From Dehalococcoidia bacterium (lineage in GTDB: Bacteria; Chloroflexota; Dehalococcoidia; SM23-28-2; RBG-16-64-32), in assembly GCA_041481535.1 (NCBI GenBank), contig JBGPBZ010000001.1, forward strand, positions 1,065 through 65,064: DNA of 64,000 bases, given 5' to 3'. The translations under genes and the position numbers were made by a program. Positions 45,541-57,191 of the stretch are shown in pieces. How positions within the stretch are numbered: the first letter of the stretch is position 1; the number at the start of each line of letters is the position of its first letter. The notes beneath the pieces are model-generated. The model was not told where the DNA came from. It did not search any database and was given only the letters and a program-made list of their open reading frames with translations.

Positions 45541-45873
45541 TCAGACCGGCGTCGCCTTCTCCGGCGATTCCAACTCGCGGAAGAAGCACGTCTTCTCGCC
45601 GGTGTGGCAGGCGGCGCCAGTTGGCTCGACCCGGACGACCAGCGCGTCGGCGTCGCAGTCGTAGAGAACCTTGCGCACGTTCAGGTAATCACCGGAAGTC
45701 GCACCCTTGAGCATGAGCTTCGCGTGCTGGCGGCTGTACCGCCAGACCTGCCCGGAGTCGAGCGTCTTCTGCACAGCCTCGCCGTCCATCCAGAAGAGCG
45801 TGAGGACGTCGCCGGACTTGTCGTCCTGGATGATTGCCGGGATCAGGCCTTTGTCGTCGTACTTGAGTGACAT
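45541..45873 (-). CDS. hisI: Phosphoribosyl-AMP cyclohydrolase
   Basis: GLIPAIIQD and the C..C..H zinc motif (DCDADALVV...ACHTG). The protein is 110 aa. Confidence 0.85.
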   Translation of the reverse strand: MSLKYDDKGLIPAIIQDDKSGDVLTLFWMDGEAVQKTLDSGQVWRYSRQHAKLMLKGATSGDYLNVRKVLYDCDADALVVRVEPTGAACHTGEKTCFFRELESPEKATPV

Positions 45874-45932
45874 GTGGTTACACCTTTCGTCTACTAAGAG
45901 ATAGGATAGCGCGCCCGCCCGGAACGTGGTGG

Positions 45933-46700
45933 CTAAAGCCGGACGGGGATGCTATGCGAGGCCAGGTACTCCTTAACCTCACGGATACGGAACGTGCCGA
46001 AGTGGAAGATGCTGGCGGCGAGCACGGCGTCGGCCTTGCCTTCGACTATCGCCTCCAGCAGGTGCTCGAGCTTGCCGGCGCCACCCGAGGCGATCACGGG
46101 CACACGCACGGACTCCGAGATGGCGCGCGTGAGGCCGATATCGTAGCCGTTCTGCGTGCCGTCTGCGTCCATGCCGGTGACGAGCAGCTCGCCCGCGCCC
46201 AGCTCGACGCAGCGCTGCGCCCACTCGACGACGTCGAGCTCGACGGGGGTGCCGCCGCCGGAGCCGCCATAGGTGTGCACCTGCCAGCGGCCCTGCCCGA
46301 TGCGCTTGGCGTCGATGGCGACGACGATGCACTGCGAGCCGAACTTGTGCGCCGCTTCTTCGATGAAATGCGGGTTCTCGACGCCGGCGGTATTGATCGA
46401 GACCTTGTCTGCGCCGGACTCCAGCATCGCGCGGACGTCTTCGAGCGTGCGGATGCCGCCGCCGACGGTGAACGGGATGAACACCTGGTCGGCAACGTGG
46501 CGCACCATCTGCACGGCGGTGTCGCGCCGGTCCGGCGATGCCTTTATGTCGAGGAAGACGAGCTCGTCCGCACCCTCTTCGTAGTAGACCTTGGCGAGCT
46601 CGACGGGATCGCCCGCGTCGCGCAGGTCTACGAAGCGAATGCCCTTGACGACGCGCCCGTCCGCGACGTCGAAACAGGGGATGATGCGCTTGGTGAGCAT
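45933..46700 (-). CDS. hisF: Imidazole glycerol phosphate synthase, cyclase subunit
   Basis: [16 protein letters not shown] is typical of HisF. ATG at 46700. Confidence 0.9.
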   Translation of the reverse strand: MLTKRIIPCFDVADGRVVKGIRFVDLRDAGDPVELAKVYYEEGADELVFLDIKASPDRRDTAVQMVRHVADQVFIPFTVGGGIRTLEDVRAMLESGADKVSINTAGVENPHFIEEAAHKFGSQCIVVAIDAKRIGQGRWQVHTYGGSGGGTPVELDVVEWAQRCVELGAGELLVTGMDADGTQNGYDIGLTRAISESVRVPVIASGGAGKLEHLLEAIVEGKADAVLAASIFHFGTFRIREVKEYLASHSIPVRL

Positions 46701-46728
46701 GGTGTGATTTATGGTAAGGGATATAGCG

Positions 46729-47500
46729 CTAGGGCGTCGAATCAAACGGCTTCGATGAGCGCAAAGCCGATGACCAGAACCTCATGACTACGAGGAGGCC
46801 GACGACGAGGCGCCGGAACAGATCCGCCTCGATGTGATTGCGAAGCCAGGCACCGACGAGGACGCCGCCGGCGATGGCCGGTGAAGCGACGGCGCCTGCG
46901 ATGAGCACGTCTTCGTCGATGCGGCCGACGACGACGAAAAGTGCGAGAGTGAAGCAACTGATCGGCAGAAAGTAGGCCTGTAGAGTCGCGCGAAAGCGAT
47001 GGATATCCAGCTCACGACCGAGCACGTAGAGGACGACCGGAGGGCCACCTATACCGGTCGCAGAAGCGGAGGCGCCGCTCGCTGCGCCGGCGACGACGCG
47101 CGCAAATCATACTGTCATGGCCGGGATCGATTGCCGGGCGGAGGTACAGCACGGGCGCGGCGACGATGACGACGACGCCGAGAGTAATCTGCAGCACTTC
47201 GCCGCTGACGAGCTCAAGGAAGAGCAGCCCCGGACCAACGCCGAGCAGGTAGCCGCCGTACATGCCGGGCAACCGGCCGTAGTTGATGTGCCCGCGCACC
47301 TGCAGCAGCACCAGCACGTTCACGACGACGCTGAGGACGACGGTGGCGGCTACGGCGGGTTTCGGCTCCCAGGCGAGGGCGAAGAGCGGCGCGAAGACGA
47401 GGGCGAAGGCAAAACCAGTGATCGACTGGGTAACGGCGGCGACAAAGGCGATGAGAGCGCCGAGGAGTGCTGTTTCGGTGTCCAGCGACCTAAGCCGCGT
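46729..47500 (-). pseudogene. TauE/SafE (DUF81) family membrane transporter gene disrupted by a frameshift near 47105-47125
   Basis: The N-terminal part (..MYGGYLLGVGPGLLFLELVSG..PAIDPGHDSMI) and the C-terminal part (ASGASASATGIGGPPVVLYVLGRELDIHRF..) lie in frames that differ by 1 nt. A TGA falls at the junction. Confidence 0.45.
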
Positions 47501-47717
47501 CCAACGTGATCGTCGCGATTTCGGCGGGCTGCGTCTCGCGCGGCACCGGGTCGCCCGCTTTCACGAGACCCTCGATGAAGCCTTCGATCGCTTCTTTGGC
47601 GTTGGCGATCGCTTCGTCGCGTGTAGCACCTTCGGTGATGCAGCCCGGCAGCGCCGGAACGCGCACCGTGAAGCCGTTTCCGTCTGCGTCAGGTTCGAGG
47701 ATGATGGAGTACTTCAT
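47490..47717 (-). CDS. Orphan HicB-like (UPF0150) antitoxin-domain protein
   Basis: MKYSIILEPDADGNGFTVRVPALPGCITEGATRDEAIANAKEAIEGFIE is the HicB N-terminal domain. No hicA is adjacent. Confidence 0.6.
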   Translation of the reverse strand: MKYSIILEPDADGNGFTVRVPALPGCITEGATRDEAIANAKEAIEGFIEGLVKAGDPVPRETQPAEIATITLDAA

Positions 47718-47729
47718 TTCCAGCGCTGG

Positions 47730-49019
47730 CTAGAACACCGTGTCGCCGCGAAGCATCTGGCGGGCGATGGTGCGGCGCTGGATCTCGCCGGTGCCGTCGG
47801 GGATGCGCAGCGTGCGGGCGATGCGGAAGCCCTCGTTCAGCGGGAGCTCGTTCGTCAGGCCCATACCGCCGTGCACCTGGATCGCGCGGTCGTAGCACTC
47901 CTGCGTCTTTTCGACGGCGTAGGCCTTGGCGATCGAGATCTCCTTCACGGGAAGGCGGCCGGTCTTGGCCGCGTTCTCGATGAGAGCAGCGGTCTGGAGG
48001 ACCATGTACTTCATCGTGAAGATGTCGATCGCCATGTCGGCGAGCATAAACTGGATCGCCTGATATTCCGAGATCGGCGAACCGAAGCTCTTGCGCTGCT
48101 GCGAGTACTCAAGCGAACGGTCGAGGGCGTACTCGCACATGCCGATGCAGTTGGCGGCGATGGAGGTGCGGCCTTCGGAGATTCCGAACATCGCGATGTT
48201 GAAGCCCATGTTCTCGGCGCCGACGAGGCGGTCAGCGGGGACGCGGAGATCGTCGAACGACATCGAGCCACAGTCGCCGCCGGTGTGGCCCATCACGGGG
48301 AGCACGCCGTCGAACGTGTAGCCCTGCGCGTCGGTCTCGACGAAGAAGGCGCTGATGCCGCCCTTGCGCTCCTTCACCATGTTCTCGTCGGTGACGGCGA
48401 AGACGATGGCGTAGTCGGCGTAGGGGGAGTTGGTGATCCACTGCTTGCTGCCGTTGATGATCCAGTCGTCGCCGTCCTTCTTGGCCTTCGTCTGGAGGCC
48501 CCAGACATCGGAGCCGGCGTTCGCCTCGCTCAGCGCGAAGCAGACGGTCTTCTCGCCGCTGGAGACGCGCGGGAGGAACTCCTTACGGACGCTCTCGCTG
48601 ACCGAGACGAGCATGTGCGACGGGCCGTCGACAAACGAGGCGATGGTCGGCTGGCTGAGGAAGCCCTTGGCCCAGGTGATGAGCGGGCGGCCGGGCCCGT
48701 ACTTGCGGTACATCGCCTCTTCGACGAAGACCATGGTCCGCGCGCCGATGCCGCCGCCGCCGACGCTCTCCGGCGCGAACATGCCGTAGTAGCCCGCCTC
48801 AGCCGACTTCATGCGGACGTGCTTGCGCGCTTCCATCACTTCGTCGACGGCTTTGCCGCCGGCGTCGAAGAACTTGCGTTCGTTGGTGAGCAGGTCGCCC
48901 ATCTGCTGCTCCATCGGCAGGACTTCGCTGTCGATCAGCTGATTGAGGCCGGTGCTGGCCTGCTTGACGAGGTCTCGAATGTCGTCGGGAATGCCGACTT
49001 CGGATGAACCGGTAACCAT
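47730..49019 (-). CDS. Acyl-CoA dehydrogenase
   Basis: Three-domain ACAD architecture with the C-terminal YAVEKTQECYDRAIQVHGGMG motif containing the catalytic Glu. Confidence 0.85.
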   Translation of the reverse strand: MVTGSSEVGIPDDIRDLVKQASTGLNQLIDSEVLPMEQQMGDLLTNERKFFDAGGKAVDEVMEARKHVRMKSAEAGYYGMFAPESVGGGGIGARTMVFVEEAMYRKYGPGRPLITWAKGFLSQPTIASFVDGPSHMLVSVSESVRKEFLPRVSSGEKTVCFALSEANAGSDVWGLQTKAKKDGDDWIINGSKQWITNSPYADYAIVFAVTDENMVKERKGGISAFFVETDAQGYTFDGVLPVMGHTGGDCGSMSFDDLRVPADRLVGAENMGFNIAMFGISEGRTSIAANCIGMCEYALDRSLEYSQQRKSFGSPISEYQAIQFMLADMAIDIFTMKYMVLQTAALIENAAKTGRLPVKEISIAKAYAVEKTQECYDRAIQVHGGMGLTNELPLNEGFRIARTLRIPDGTGEIQRRTIARQMLRGDTVF

Positions 49020-49115
49020 GGGGAAGTCTCCTTCTGAGGGGCGTTAGTCGCTACGGGGAAGTATAGCCACGTTGGTTGCTAGACACACGCCAGGAGGCGC
49101 CCGCCGGGGACGTTT

Positions 49116-49848
49116 CTACGCAGTCGCATCCAACGCCTCACGCAGGTCCAGATCGCCCGTGTACAGCGCCTTGCCAATGATGACGCCTTCGACGCCGATG
49201 AGCTTGAGGCGGTGGATGTGCTCGACGGAGGAGACGCCGCCGGAGGCGATCACGGCCATCGGGATCGCGAAGCCAGAGGCGTGCTCGACGACTTCGTTGA
49301 TGACCGGGAAGTTGGGTCCACGGAGCATGCCGTCGCTGGTGATGTCGGTGTAGAAGATGCGGCGGACGCCAAAGCCGGACAGTTGCTCGATGAGGTCGAG
49401 GGCGCGCACTTCGGACGTCTCACGCCAGCCTTCGGTGGCGACGAGGCCGTCGCGCGCGTCGACGCCGACGAAGATGCGCTCGCCGGGAAAGATGCCGAGA
49501 GCGTGGATGAGGACGGTCGGGTCTTTGATCGCCGCCGTGCCGATCGCGACGCGGTCTGCGCCGGCTTCGACGTAGCGGCCGATGACGGCGACGTCGCGCA
49601 TGCCACCACCCACTTCGACGGAGATGTCGACGGACTTGATCAGGCGGCGGATGACGTCTTCGTTGCGGGGGCTGCCCTCCCGCGCGCCGTCCAGGTCTAC
49701 GACGTGAAGGCGGGTCGCGCCGGCGGCCTGCCAGCGACGGGCCACCTCCACCGGGTCGTCGGCGAAGACGGTCTCGCGGTCGTAGTCTCCCTGGTCGAGG
49801 CGGACGCAGCGGCCGCCGCGAATGTCGATGGCTGGGATGATCTCCACG
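49116..49848 (-). CDS. hisA: ProFAR isomerase (HisA)
   Basis: VEIIPAIDIRGGRCVRL is the conserved start. The 5' end is uncertain: a GTG near 49848, or the ORF-track start at 49901. Confidence 0.8.
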
Positions 49849-49956
49849 CGAGCATTGTACCGAGTTAACGAACGGGGAAATTCTTCAGAGCAGGCCGACA
49901 AGCCATAACGAAACGGCGCTTACGCCGTCTTAACTAACGTGAAGCGATTCGATTTT

Positions 49957-50340
49957 CTACCCGCGGCTCTCGCGTTTTCGCAGTTCGCGCTCAATCATCC
50001 GGCGTTCAGCCTCGCGGCCGATGAGGGAGTCGAAGACGAATACGCTGAAGAAGCGCAGGCCGATCAGCAGGCCCCAGATCGCCGCCACGGCGATCAGCAG
50101 CCGGCTGTGCCAGCCGAAAACTAGCTCAAGCACCGCCAGTACGCCGATCACGAAGACGTAGGTAAAGAGCATACGCAGGAAGCCCATGCGCCTTCGCACC
50201 CTACGGCGGATCGAGCGGAACTCTCGGTCGTCGCCTTCGGACGAGCGGTAGCCACCGCCGCGGCCGGCGCGGAACGTGCCGACAGGCGTATCGAACTCCA
50301 CGCCTTCGAAGCCTTCGTCGTCCTGGATCGTCATCGCCAT
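49957..50340 (-). CDS. Hypothetical 2TM-domain membrane protein inserted between hisH and hisA
   Basis: An Arg-rich N-terminus and two TM helices. The gene is immediately flanked by hisH and hisA. Confidence 0.45.
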   Translation of the reverse strand: MAMTIQDDEGFEGVEFDTPVGTFRAGRGGGYRSSEGDDREFRSIRRRVRRRMGFLRMLFTYVFVIGVLAVLELVFGWHSRLLIAVAAIWGLLIGLRFFSVFVFDSLIGREAERRMIERELRKRESRG

Positions 50341-50341
50341 C

Positions 50342-50971
50342 TCAGTTGACCGCCGTCATCGCCGCGATTCGCAGGAAGTTGGCGTACATTCGCAGGCCGG
50401 TCTCGCCGCTCTTCTCCGGGTGGAACTGCGTAGCGACAACGTTGTCCCGCGCGACGACGGAGGCGAACTTCACACCGTATTCGGTCTCGCCGATGATGAT
50501 CGATGGGTCGTCCGGCAGCGGGACGTAGGAGTGCACGAAGTAGAAGTAGCTGTTGTCTGCGATGCCTTCGAAGATCGGGTGATCGTGGACGATGCGGACC
50601 TGGTTCCAGCCCATGTGCGGCACCTTCTGGTCCGGGCCGCTCGCAAGTTTGACGATGCGGCCCGGGAGCACGCCGAGGCACTCCTGGAAGCCGTTCTCCT
50701 CGCTTGATTCGAAGAGCGCCTGCTGGCCCATGCAGACGCCGAGGAACGGGCGCCCGGAGTCGATGTATTCCTTGATCGGCTCGACGAGTCCGCAGCGGCG
50801 CAGGTTGGACATCGTGTCTTCGGCGGCGCCGACGCCCGGAACGATGATTGCGTCGGCTTCATCGAGGTAGCGCGCGCTGGTCGTGATCATCGGCTTCACC
50901 CCCTGCGCCTGCACCGCCTTGGCGACGCTGTGCAGGTTTCCGGCCCCGTAGTCAACGATGACGAGCTTCAC
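50342..50971 (-). CDS. hisH: Imidazole glycerol phosphate synthase, glutamine amidotransferase subunit
   Basis: MKLVIVDYGAGN is the N-terminal signature. The catalytic Cys is in GVCMGQQ, and HPEKS carries the His/Glu of the triad. Confidence 0.9.
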   Translation of the reverse strand: MKLVIVDYGAGNLHSVAKAVQAQGVKPMITTSARYLDEADAIIVPGVGAAEDTMSNLRRCGLVEPIKEYIDSGRPFLGVCMGQQALFESSEENGFQECLGVLPGRIVKLASGPDQKVPHMGWNQVRIVHDHPIFEGIADNSYFYFVHSYVPLPDDPSIIIGETEYGVKFASVVARDNVVATQFHPEKSGETGLRMYANFLRIAAMTAVN

Positions 50972-51058
50972 GTCTCGATTTTAGCACTGGGGGGTGGGCA
51001 AGATGTGATTGTCGTCACAGAGGCCGTTTAGTTTGCTTATGGAGCTTATAATGAAGCC

Positions 51059-51355
51059 ATGGTACGAGAAGCGAAACGCGTTCGCGTGAGCAATGATAGC
51101 GACATCGCCCGCGCGTTAGCCGACGTGCGTGCAGACGGAGAACCGCGAATCGTCGAAAAGAACGGCGAGGAATTGGCTGCGATAGTGCCCGTCGACTACT
51201 TGCTCGGTTCGGCGATGAGACGCCCGTCTGAGGAAGACGTCGAGCGTGCTCTGGCTGCGATCGGGGCGTGGAAGGATCTTGTACCCGAAGACTTCGCCGA
51301 GAGGATAATGGAGCGCCGTCACGCCTCTCCGCCAAGTAAGCCGATCCGCTTGTGA
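51059..51355 (+). CDS. vapB: Phd/YefM-type antitoxin
   Basis: RIVEKNGEELAAIVPVDYL is Phd/YefM-like. Its stop overlaps the vapC GTG. Confidence 0.6.
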   Translation: MVREAKRVRVSNDSDIARALADVRADGEPRIVEKNGEELAAIVPVDYLLGSAMRRPSEEDVERALAAIGAWKDLVPEDFAERIMERRHASPPSKPIRL

Positions 51356-51747
51356 ACCTAGCTGACAGTGACGTTCTCGTAGATGTCCTAAGAGACCACC
51401 GAAGCAGCGCCGAGTTCCTTCGTCCTTACATTCGCAACGCCGAAGTCTGCACGTCCATCATCGTTTTCGGTGAGCTGCAGGAGGGGTTGTTTTACGACAA
51501 GGTCGATAAAGACGCAGCTGCACGGGCGCTCTCGGAGGTGCTCGCCGGAATTCCAGTCATCAGCATCGACGAGGACACTGCACGCGAATTTGGCCGTCTG
51601 CGCTTCGACCTAAGGAGCCGTGGCTTGTTGCTTCCAGACAACGATCTGTGGATCGCAGCGACCGCCCTGCGCCACGATGCGACGCTAGTCAGTCGCGATT
51701 CACACTTCGACCGCATACCGGGACTCAAGCTTCTTCGCCCCGCCTGA
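51352..51747 (+). CDS. vapC: PIN-domain toxin VapC
   Basis: The acidic residues fit the PIN pattern (D5, E in FGEL, D in DNDLWIAATAL, D in VSRDSHF). Confidence 0.75.
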   Translation: MNLADSDVLVDVLRDHRSSAEFLRPYIRNAEVCTSIIVFGELQEGLFYDKVDKDAAARALSEVLAGIPVISIDEDTAREFGRLRFDLRSRGLLLPDNDLWIAATALRHDATLVSRDSHFDRIPGLKLLRPA

Positions 51748-51748
51748 G

Positions 51749-52243
51749 TCACAGCATCATCTGCATGTCGATGGTGTCGAGCCAGCGCTCGAACTTATAG
51801 CCGACCTGGCGGATGCGGCCGGCGTGCTCGAAGCCGAAGCGGGCGTGAAGCGCCTCGCTGTCCGGGTGACCTTCGGCGATGACGGCGATGATGCTGCGGA
51901 GGCCGCCCTCTCGCGCCAGCTCGACGAGCCGCCCGAGGATGGCTGTGCCGATGCCCTTGCCACGCCAGTCCTGGTGCACGTAGACGGAGTCCTCCGTGGT
52001 GAAGCGGTAGCCCGGGCGCGGCCGGAACCCTCGGAGGCTGCCCCAACCAACGACCACGCCAGACAGCTCGGCGGTTAGTACGACGTACGGCGGGCGCTGC
52101 GTCTCGCGGAACCAGGCGAGGCGGTCTTCCAGCGTACGCGGCTCAGTGTCGAAGGTGGCGGTACCGTTCAGCACTTCGTAGTTGTATATCTCCCGGATCG
52201 CGGGGACGTCGGACTCGATCGCCAGGCGCACCTCGATGTCCAT
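51749..52243 (-). CDS. GNAT acetyltransferase (phosphinothricin-acetyltransferase-like)
   Basis: MDIEVRLAIESDVPAIREIYN...WRGKGIGTAIL. ATG at 52243. Confidence 0.7.
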   Translation of the reverse strand: MDIEVRLAIESDVPAIREIYNYEVLNGTATFDTEPRTLEDRLAWFRETQRPPYVVLTAELSGVVVGWGSLRGFRPRPGYRFTTEDSVYVHQDWRGKGIGTAILGRLVELAREGGLRSIIAVIAEGHPDSEALHARFGFEHAGRIRQVGYKFERWLDTIDMQMML

Positions 52244-52381
52244 AGCGGACACAGGGTACGACATTTCAGTCGCAGATGGGACTGTTGTGGGCGTTTCAGT
52301 TCGCACCGAGGCCGGCCCTCCAAGGTCCTTCGCTCGCCGCCTGATTGTTGCGAGCGGGTGTCACCACGGCTCAGGATGAAG

Positions 52382-53068
52382 TTACGGAGTGATCGTCGGA
52401 ATCGCTTGCTGCGCAAGCACCTGGCCGACGCGGTCGTAGATGGTCTGTGCGATGGTCGCGGCCGACTGGTCGTTCGCCGGCGCGCCGGGCAGGGCGAGCG
52501 TGATGTCGACGTCCACGAAGTTCTCCACGAAGTGGACGCTGTAGTACTCGAACACCTGGACGCGGCCGGGATACTGCGCGCGGAACTTGAGCGCGTGGCT
52601 GTACGGTCCAATGCTCGGCAATTCGATAAACTGAGCGCTGCCCTCAAGCGGGGTCAGCTGGCCTGCGATGGCCTCCGCCATCGACTGGGCCCGGCCGGCG
52701 GGATCCGCGTGCAGCTGCACCTCGCGCGCAACGTTGGCGACGGAGCCCTCAGCTGGAAGCGCGACGGTGGACATGACGAACGCGCCGGCGGCCGAGCACC
52801 AGGCGCTGTCGGCGCGCTTGCCCTGCGCCGGGTCGACGAGCGGCGGCGCAGCAGGCGATTGGCCCACGCAATCGCGCACCTCGCCCGCAATAGAGAAAGC
52901 GTCGGCCTGTGAGACGACGAGCTCGGGGAGGCGGGGCTCGAGCGTCTGCAGGGTGGCGAGCTGCTCGGCGCTGAGCTGCGCGGACGAGGGGAAGATGACG
53001 AAGCGGAAGAGCGCGTAGCCGGCGACGACGAGAACAACCGCTCCGACGAGGCGTATCGGAGCCTTCAT
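52382..53068 (-). CDS. Hypothetical membrane-anchored/secreted protein
   Basis: An N-terminal TM or signal anchor (LVGAVVLVVAGYALFRFVIFP). No recognisable domain. Confidence 0.45.
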   Translation of the reverse strand: MKAPIRLVGAVVLVVAGYALFRFVIFPSSAQLSAEQLATLQTLEPRLPELVVSQADAFSIAGEVRDCVGQSPAAPPLVDPAQGKRADSAWCSAAGAFVMSTVALPAEGSVANVAREVQLHADPAGRAQSMAEAIAGQLTPLEGSAQFIELPSIGPYSHALKFRAQYPGRVQVFEYYSVHFVENFVDVDITLALPGAPANDQSAATIAQTIYDRVGQVLAQQAIPTITP

Positions 53069-53152
53069 GAAAGTGAGGACGCCGTCGCCCGTTCACCGTT
53101 TCGGACGTTAGGTCGAGGGATGGTTCACGGTCGGTTGCTATACTTAACGTGA

Positions 53153-55183
<2,031 letters not shown>

Positions 55184-55417
55184 ATGGCCGAAGCGTACCG
55201 GCGCGTTTCTGGTAGAGATCTCATTCGGGTGCTTGAGTCGTTCGGGTGGTACGTACATCGAATTCGCGGCAGCCACCACGTGATGCGACATGGCAAAAGA
55301 CCCCGTGTTACTCTATCTGTGCCCGTTCACGGCAGCCGTACGCTCCCGGTGGGCACACAAGTATCGATACTCAAAGACGCAGGAATCGAACCTGATGAGT
55401 TCAACGAACGTGCGTGA
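55184..55417 (+). CDS. hicA: HicA toxin (YcfA-like mRNA interferase)
   Basis: GRDLIRVLESFGWYVHRIRGSHHVMRH is typical of the family. Its ATG abuts the ligA stop. Confidence 0.7.
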   Translation: MAEAYRRVSGRDLIRVLESFGWYVHRIRGSHHVMRHGKRPRVTLSVPVHGSRTLPVGTQVSILKDAGIEPDEFNERA

Positions 55418-55649
55418 ATTGGAATACCGAGTCGTGCTTTCCCGTGATGAAGAAGGCAACTGGCTGGTATCAGTACCGGTCATTCCGGGCTGTCACACGT
55501 TTGGTTCGACGCGAGAGGAAGCGCTATCGAATGCGCGCGAGGCGATCGAATTGTGCCTCGAGAGCCTGGCCGACACGGGCGACGAACCTCCTGACTCCGA
55601 CGCGCCCGTCGAACTCGAAACCATTCGCGTGATTCTTCCGGCTGCTTAA
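55395..55649 (+). CDS. hicB: HicB antitoxin (UPF0150)
   Basis: YRVVLSRDEEGNWLVSVPVIPGCHTFGSTREEALSNAREAIE. The gene overlaps the end of hicA by 23 bp. Confidence 0.65.
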   Translation: MSSTNVRELEYRVVLSRDEEGNWLVSVPVIPGCHTFGSTREEALSNAREAIELCLESLADTGDEPPDSDAPVELETIRVILPAA

Positions 55650-55766
55650 GCTCTCTCTTCCGGCCGCGTGAAGAACGTGGAGCTTGCGTGAAGCCTGCTC
55701 TCAAGCGCCTCTGCACTCCTTGAACGCTCCTCACCCGGCCCGGAGACTACCCGCAAAGGGGGTCTC

Positions 55767-56110
55767 ATGTCTGCCAGCCGCCTCGTCGCGATTCTGCTTA
55801 CCCTGGCCCTTGCCAGCATCTTCGCAGCGTGCGAGAAGACGGAGGACGCGTCGGCACGCCCTCGGCGACGGGTGCAAGGGGCAGCGCGTCAACGCCTGCG
55901 CCAACGCCACGGCCGACCGCCGCACCCACTACGCCGCCTCAACCCGCCTGCCACCCGTCTTACGTTGGGGCGTGCCTCGATCCGAACGCGAGCGATTACG
56001 ACTGCCTGGGTGGGTCAGGCAACGGGCCGTACTACACGGGCCCGGTGCGCGTCGTGGGGCCAGACGTGTTCGGACTGGACCGCGACGGCGACGGTTACGG
56101 CTGCGAATAG
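55767..56110 (+). pseudogene. Excalibur (extracellular Ca-binding) domain lipoprotein with a +1/-1 frameshift just after the lipobox
   Basis: Frame 0 encodes MSASRLVAILLTLALASIFAAC (signal plus lipobox), then Arg-rich nonsense. The +2 frame, from 55829, encodes a Pro/Thr linker and the Excalibur motif DYDCLGGSGNGPYYTGPVRVVGPDVFGLDRDGDGYGCE. AAGGGGG lies 5 nt before the ATG at 55767. Confidence 0.45.
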
Positions 56111-56143
56111 CCCGATCTCGCGTCGCAAGGTATCGTTTCGCGT

Positions 56144-56983
56144 ATGAGGGGTGTTTCGGCGCTTATGACCGCCGTCTGCCTGGCGCTGGTAGTCGCCTGT
56201 GCGGACACTGTCCATGCGCCGGAAGGGTCTCCCGGACCGTCGGCGACGACGACAGCTGGCCGGATCACCCCGCAACCCACGGGCTCACCATCGGCCACCC
56301 CCCTCGTCGAGATCGACATCCCTTACCCGACCGACCTGGAGACGGCGACAGTCACGCGCGTGGTCGACGGTGACACGATCGAAGTCGACATCGCCGGAGA
56401 AACACACAAGGTTCGGTACATCGGCGTCGACACGCCTGAGACGGTCGATCCGAACCGGCCGGTCGGGTGCTACGGGCACGAGGCGTCTGATCGGAACAAG
56501 GAACTGGTCTTGGGCAAGATTGTCGGGCTTGAGAAAGACGTCTCAAACACGGACGACTTTGGACGGCTCTTGCGTTATGTCTGGGTGGACGGCCAGATGG
56601 TGAACGCCTTGCTCGTCCGAGACGGGTACGCAGAAGCAGAGACCGGCTTCGCGGAAGTGAAGCACCAGGACGTCTTCCTGGAGCTGCAGGCAGAAGCGCA
56701 AGCGGCGGGGCGCGGGATCTGGGGGCCGGAGTGCTCGAACGCGACGCCGTTCGATTCGCCAACCCAGACGCCGCCAGCAGGCTCCGGCACCGAGATCTGC
56801 CAATTTTCGGGGACGACGCAGGCTGTCATCAAGGGCAACATCTCCAGCTCGGACGAGAAGATCTACCACGTGCCCGGACAGAGCTCGTACGACGAGACCG
56901 GGATCACGGAGTCGCGCGGAGAGCGCTGGTTCTGCACAGAGCAGGAGGCCGTCAACGCGGGCTGGCGCAAATCGAAGTCGTAG
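56144..56983 (+). CDS. Thermonuclease (SNase-like) lipoprotein with a C-terminal Cys-containing extension
   Basis: Lipobox LALVVAC. The SNase core reads TVTRVVDGDTIEV..VRYIGVDTPE..GRLLRYVWVDG. The C-terminal module is KGNIS..KIYHVPGQ..WFC. Confidence 0.8.
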   Translation: MRGVSALMTAVCLALVVACADTVHAPEGSPGPSATTTAGRITPQPTGSPSATPLVEIDIPYPTDLETATVTRVVDGDTIEVDIAGETHKVRYIGVDTPETVDPNRPVGCYGHEASDRNKELVLGKIVGLEKDVSNTDDFGRLLRYVWVDGQMVNALLVRDGYAEAETGFAEVKHQDVFLELQAEAQAAGRGIWGPECSNATPFDSPTQTPPAGSGTEICQFSGTTQAVIKGNISSSDEKIYHVPGQSSYDETGITESRGERWFCTEQEAVNAGWRKSKS

Positions 56984-57104
56984 AGTCGGCGACTCGCGCT
57001 CTTTTCTGCGCGCTAAGGTTATACACAAGTCGACGGCGCGCCACCCGTGACGATCCACTGATCGCCGCGTTGTGGCATGTGAGCGAGGCCTAACTTCAGC
57101 AGCT

Positions 57105-57134
57105 TTTGCAGCTTCGGTATGCCTCGGTTACAAT
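57105..57134 (+). promoter_or_regulatory. Sigma-70-like promoter upstream of mreB (-35 TTTGCA, 17-bp spacer, -10 TACAAT)
   Basis: Reads TTTGCAgcttcggtatgcctcggtTACAAT, about 55 nt upstream of the mreB TTG start. Confidence 0.4.
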
Positions 57135-57191
57135 GCCAACAACGTATGCCCCATCCACCTTCACGGTGGAACTTACGTTTGGGAGGCCCCG

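Noticed and set aside
47283-49007. 574-aa plus-strand ORF
   Set aside because: It is antisense to the acyl-CoA dehydrogenase gene, with G/A/D/R-rich composition and no motifs.
49840-49905. Possible 1-nt frame inconsistency at the hisA 5' end. My reading of the printed bases (…gagcattgta/cgagttaacg…) puts MSACSEEFPRSLTR and YNARVEIIPAIDI in different frames.
   Set aside because: The ORF track, computed from the same window, shows a continuous ORF. This is most likely my own transcription or counting error. The issue is noted only as uncertainty about the hisA start.
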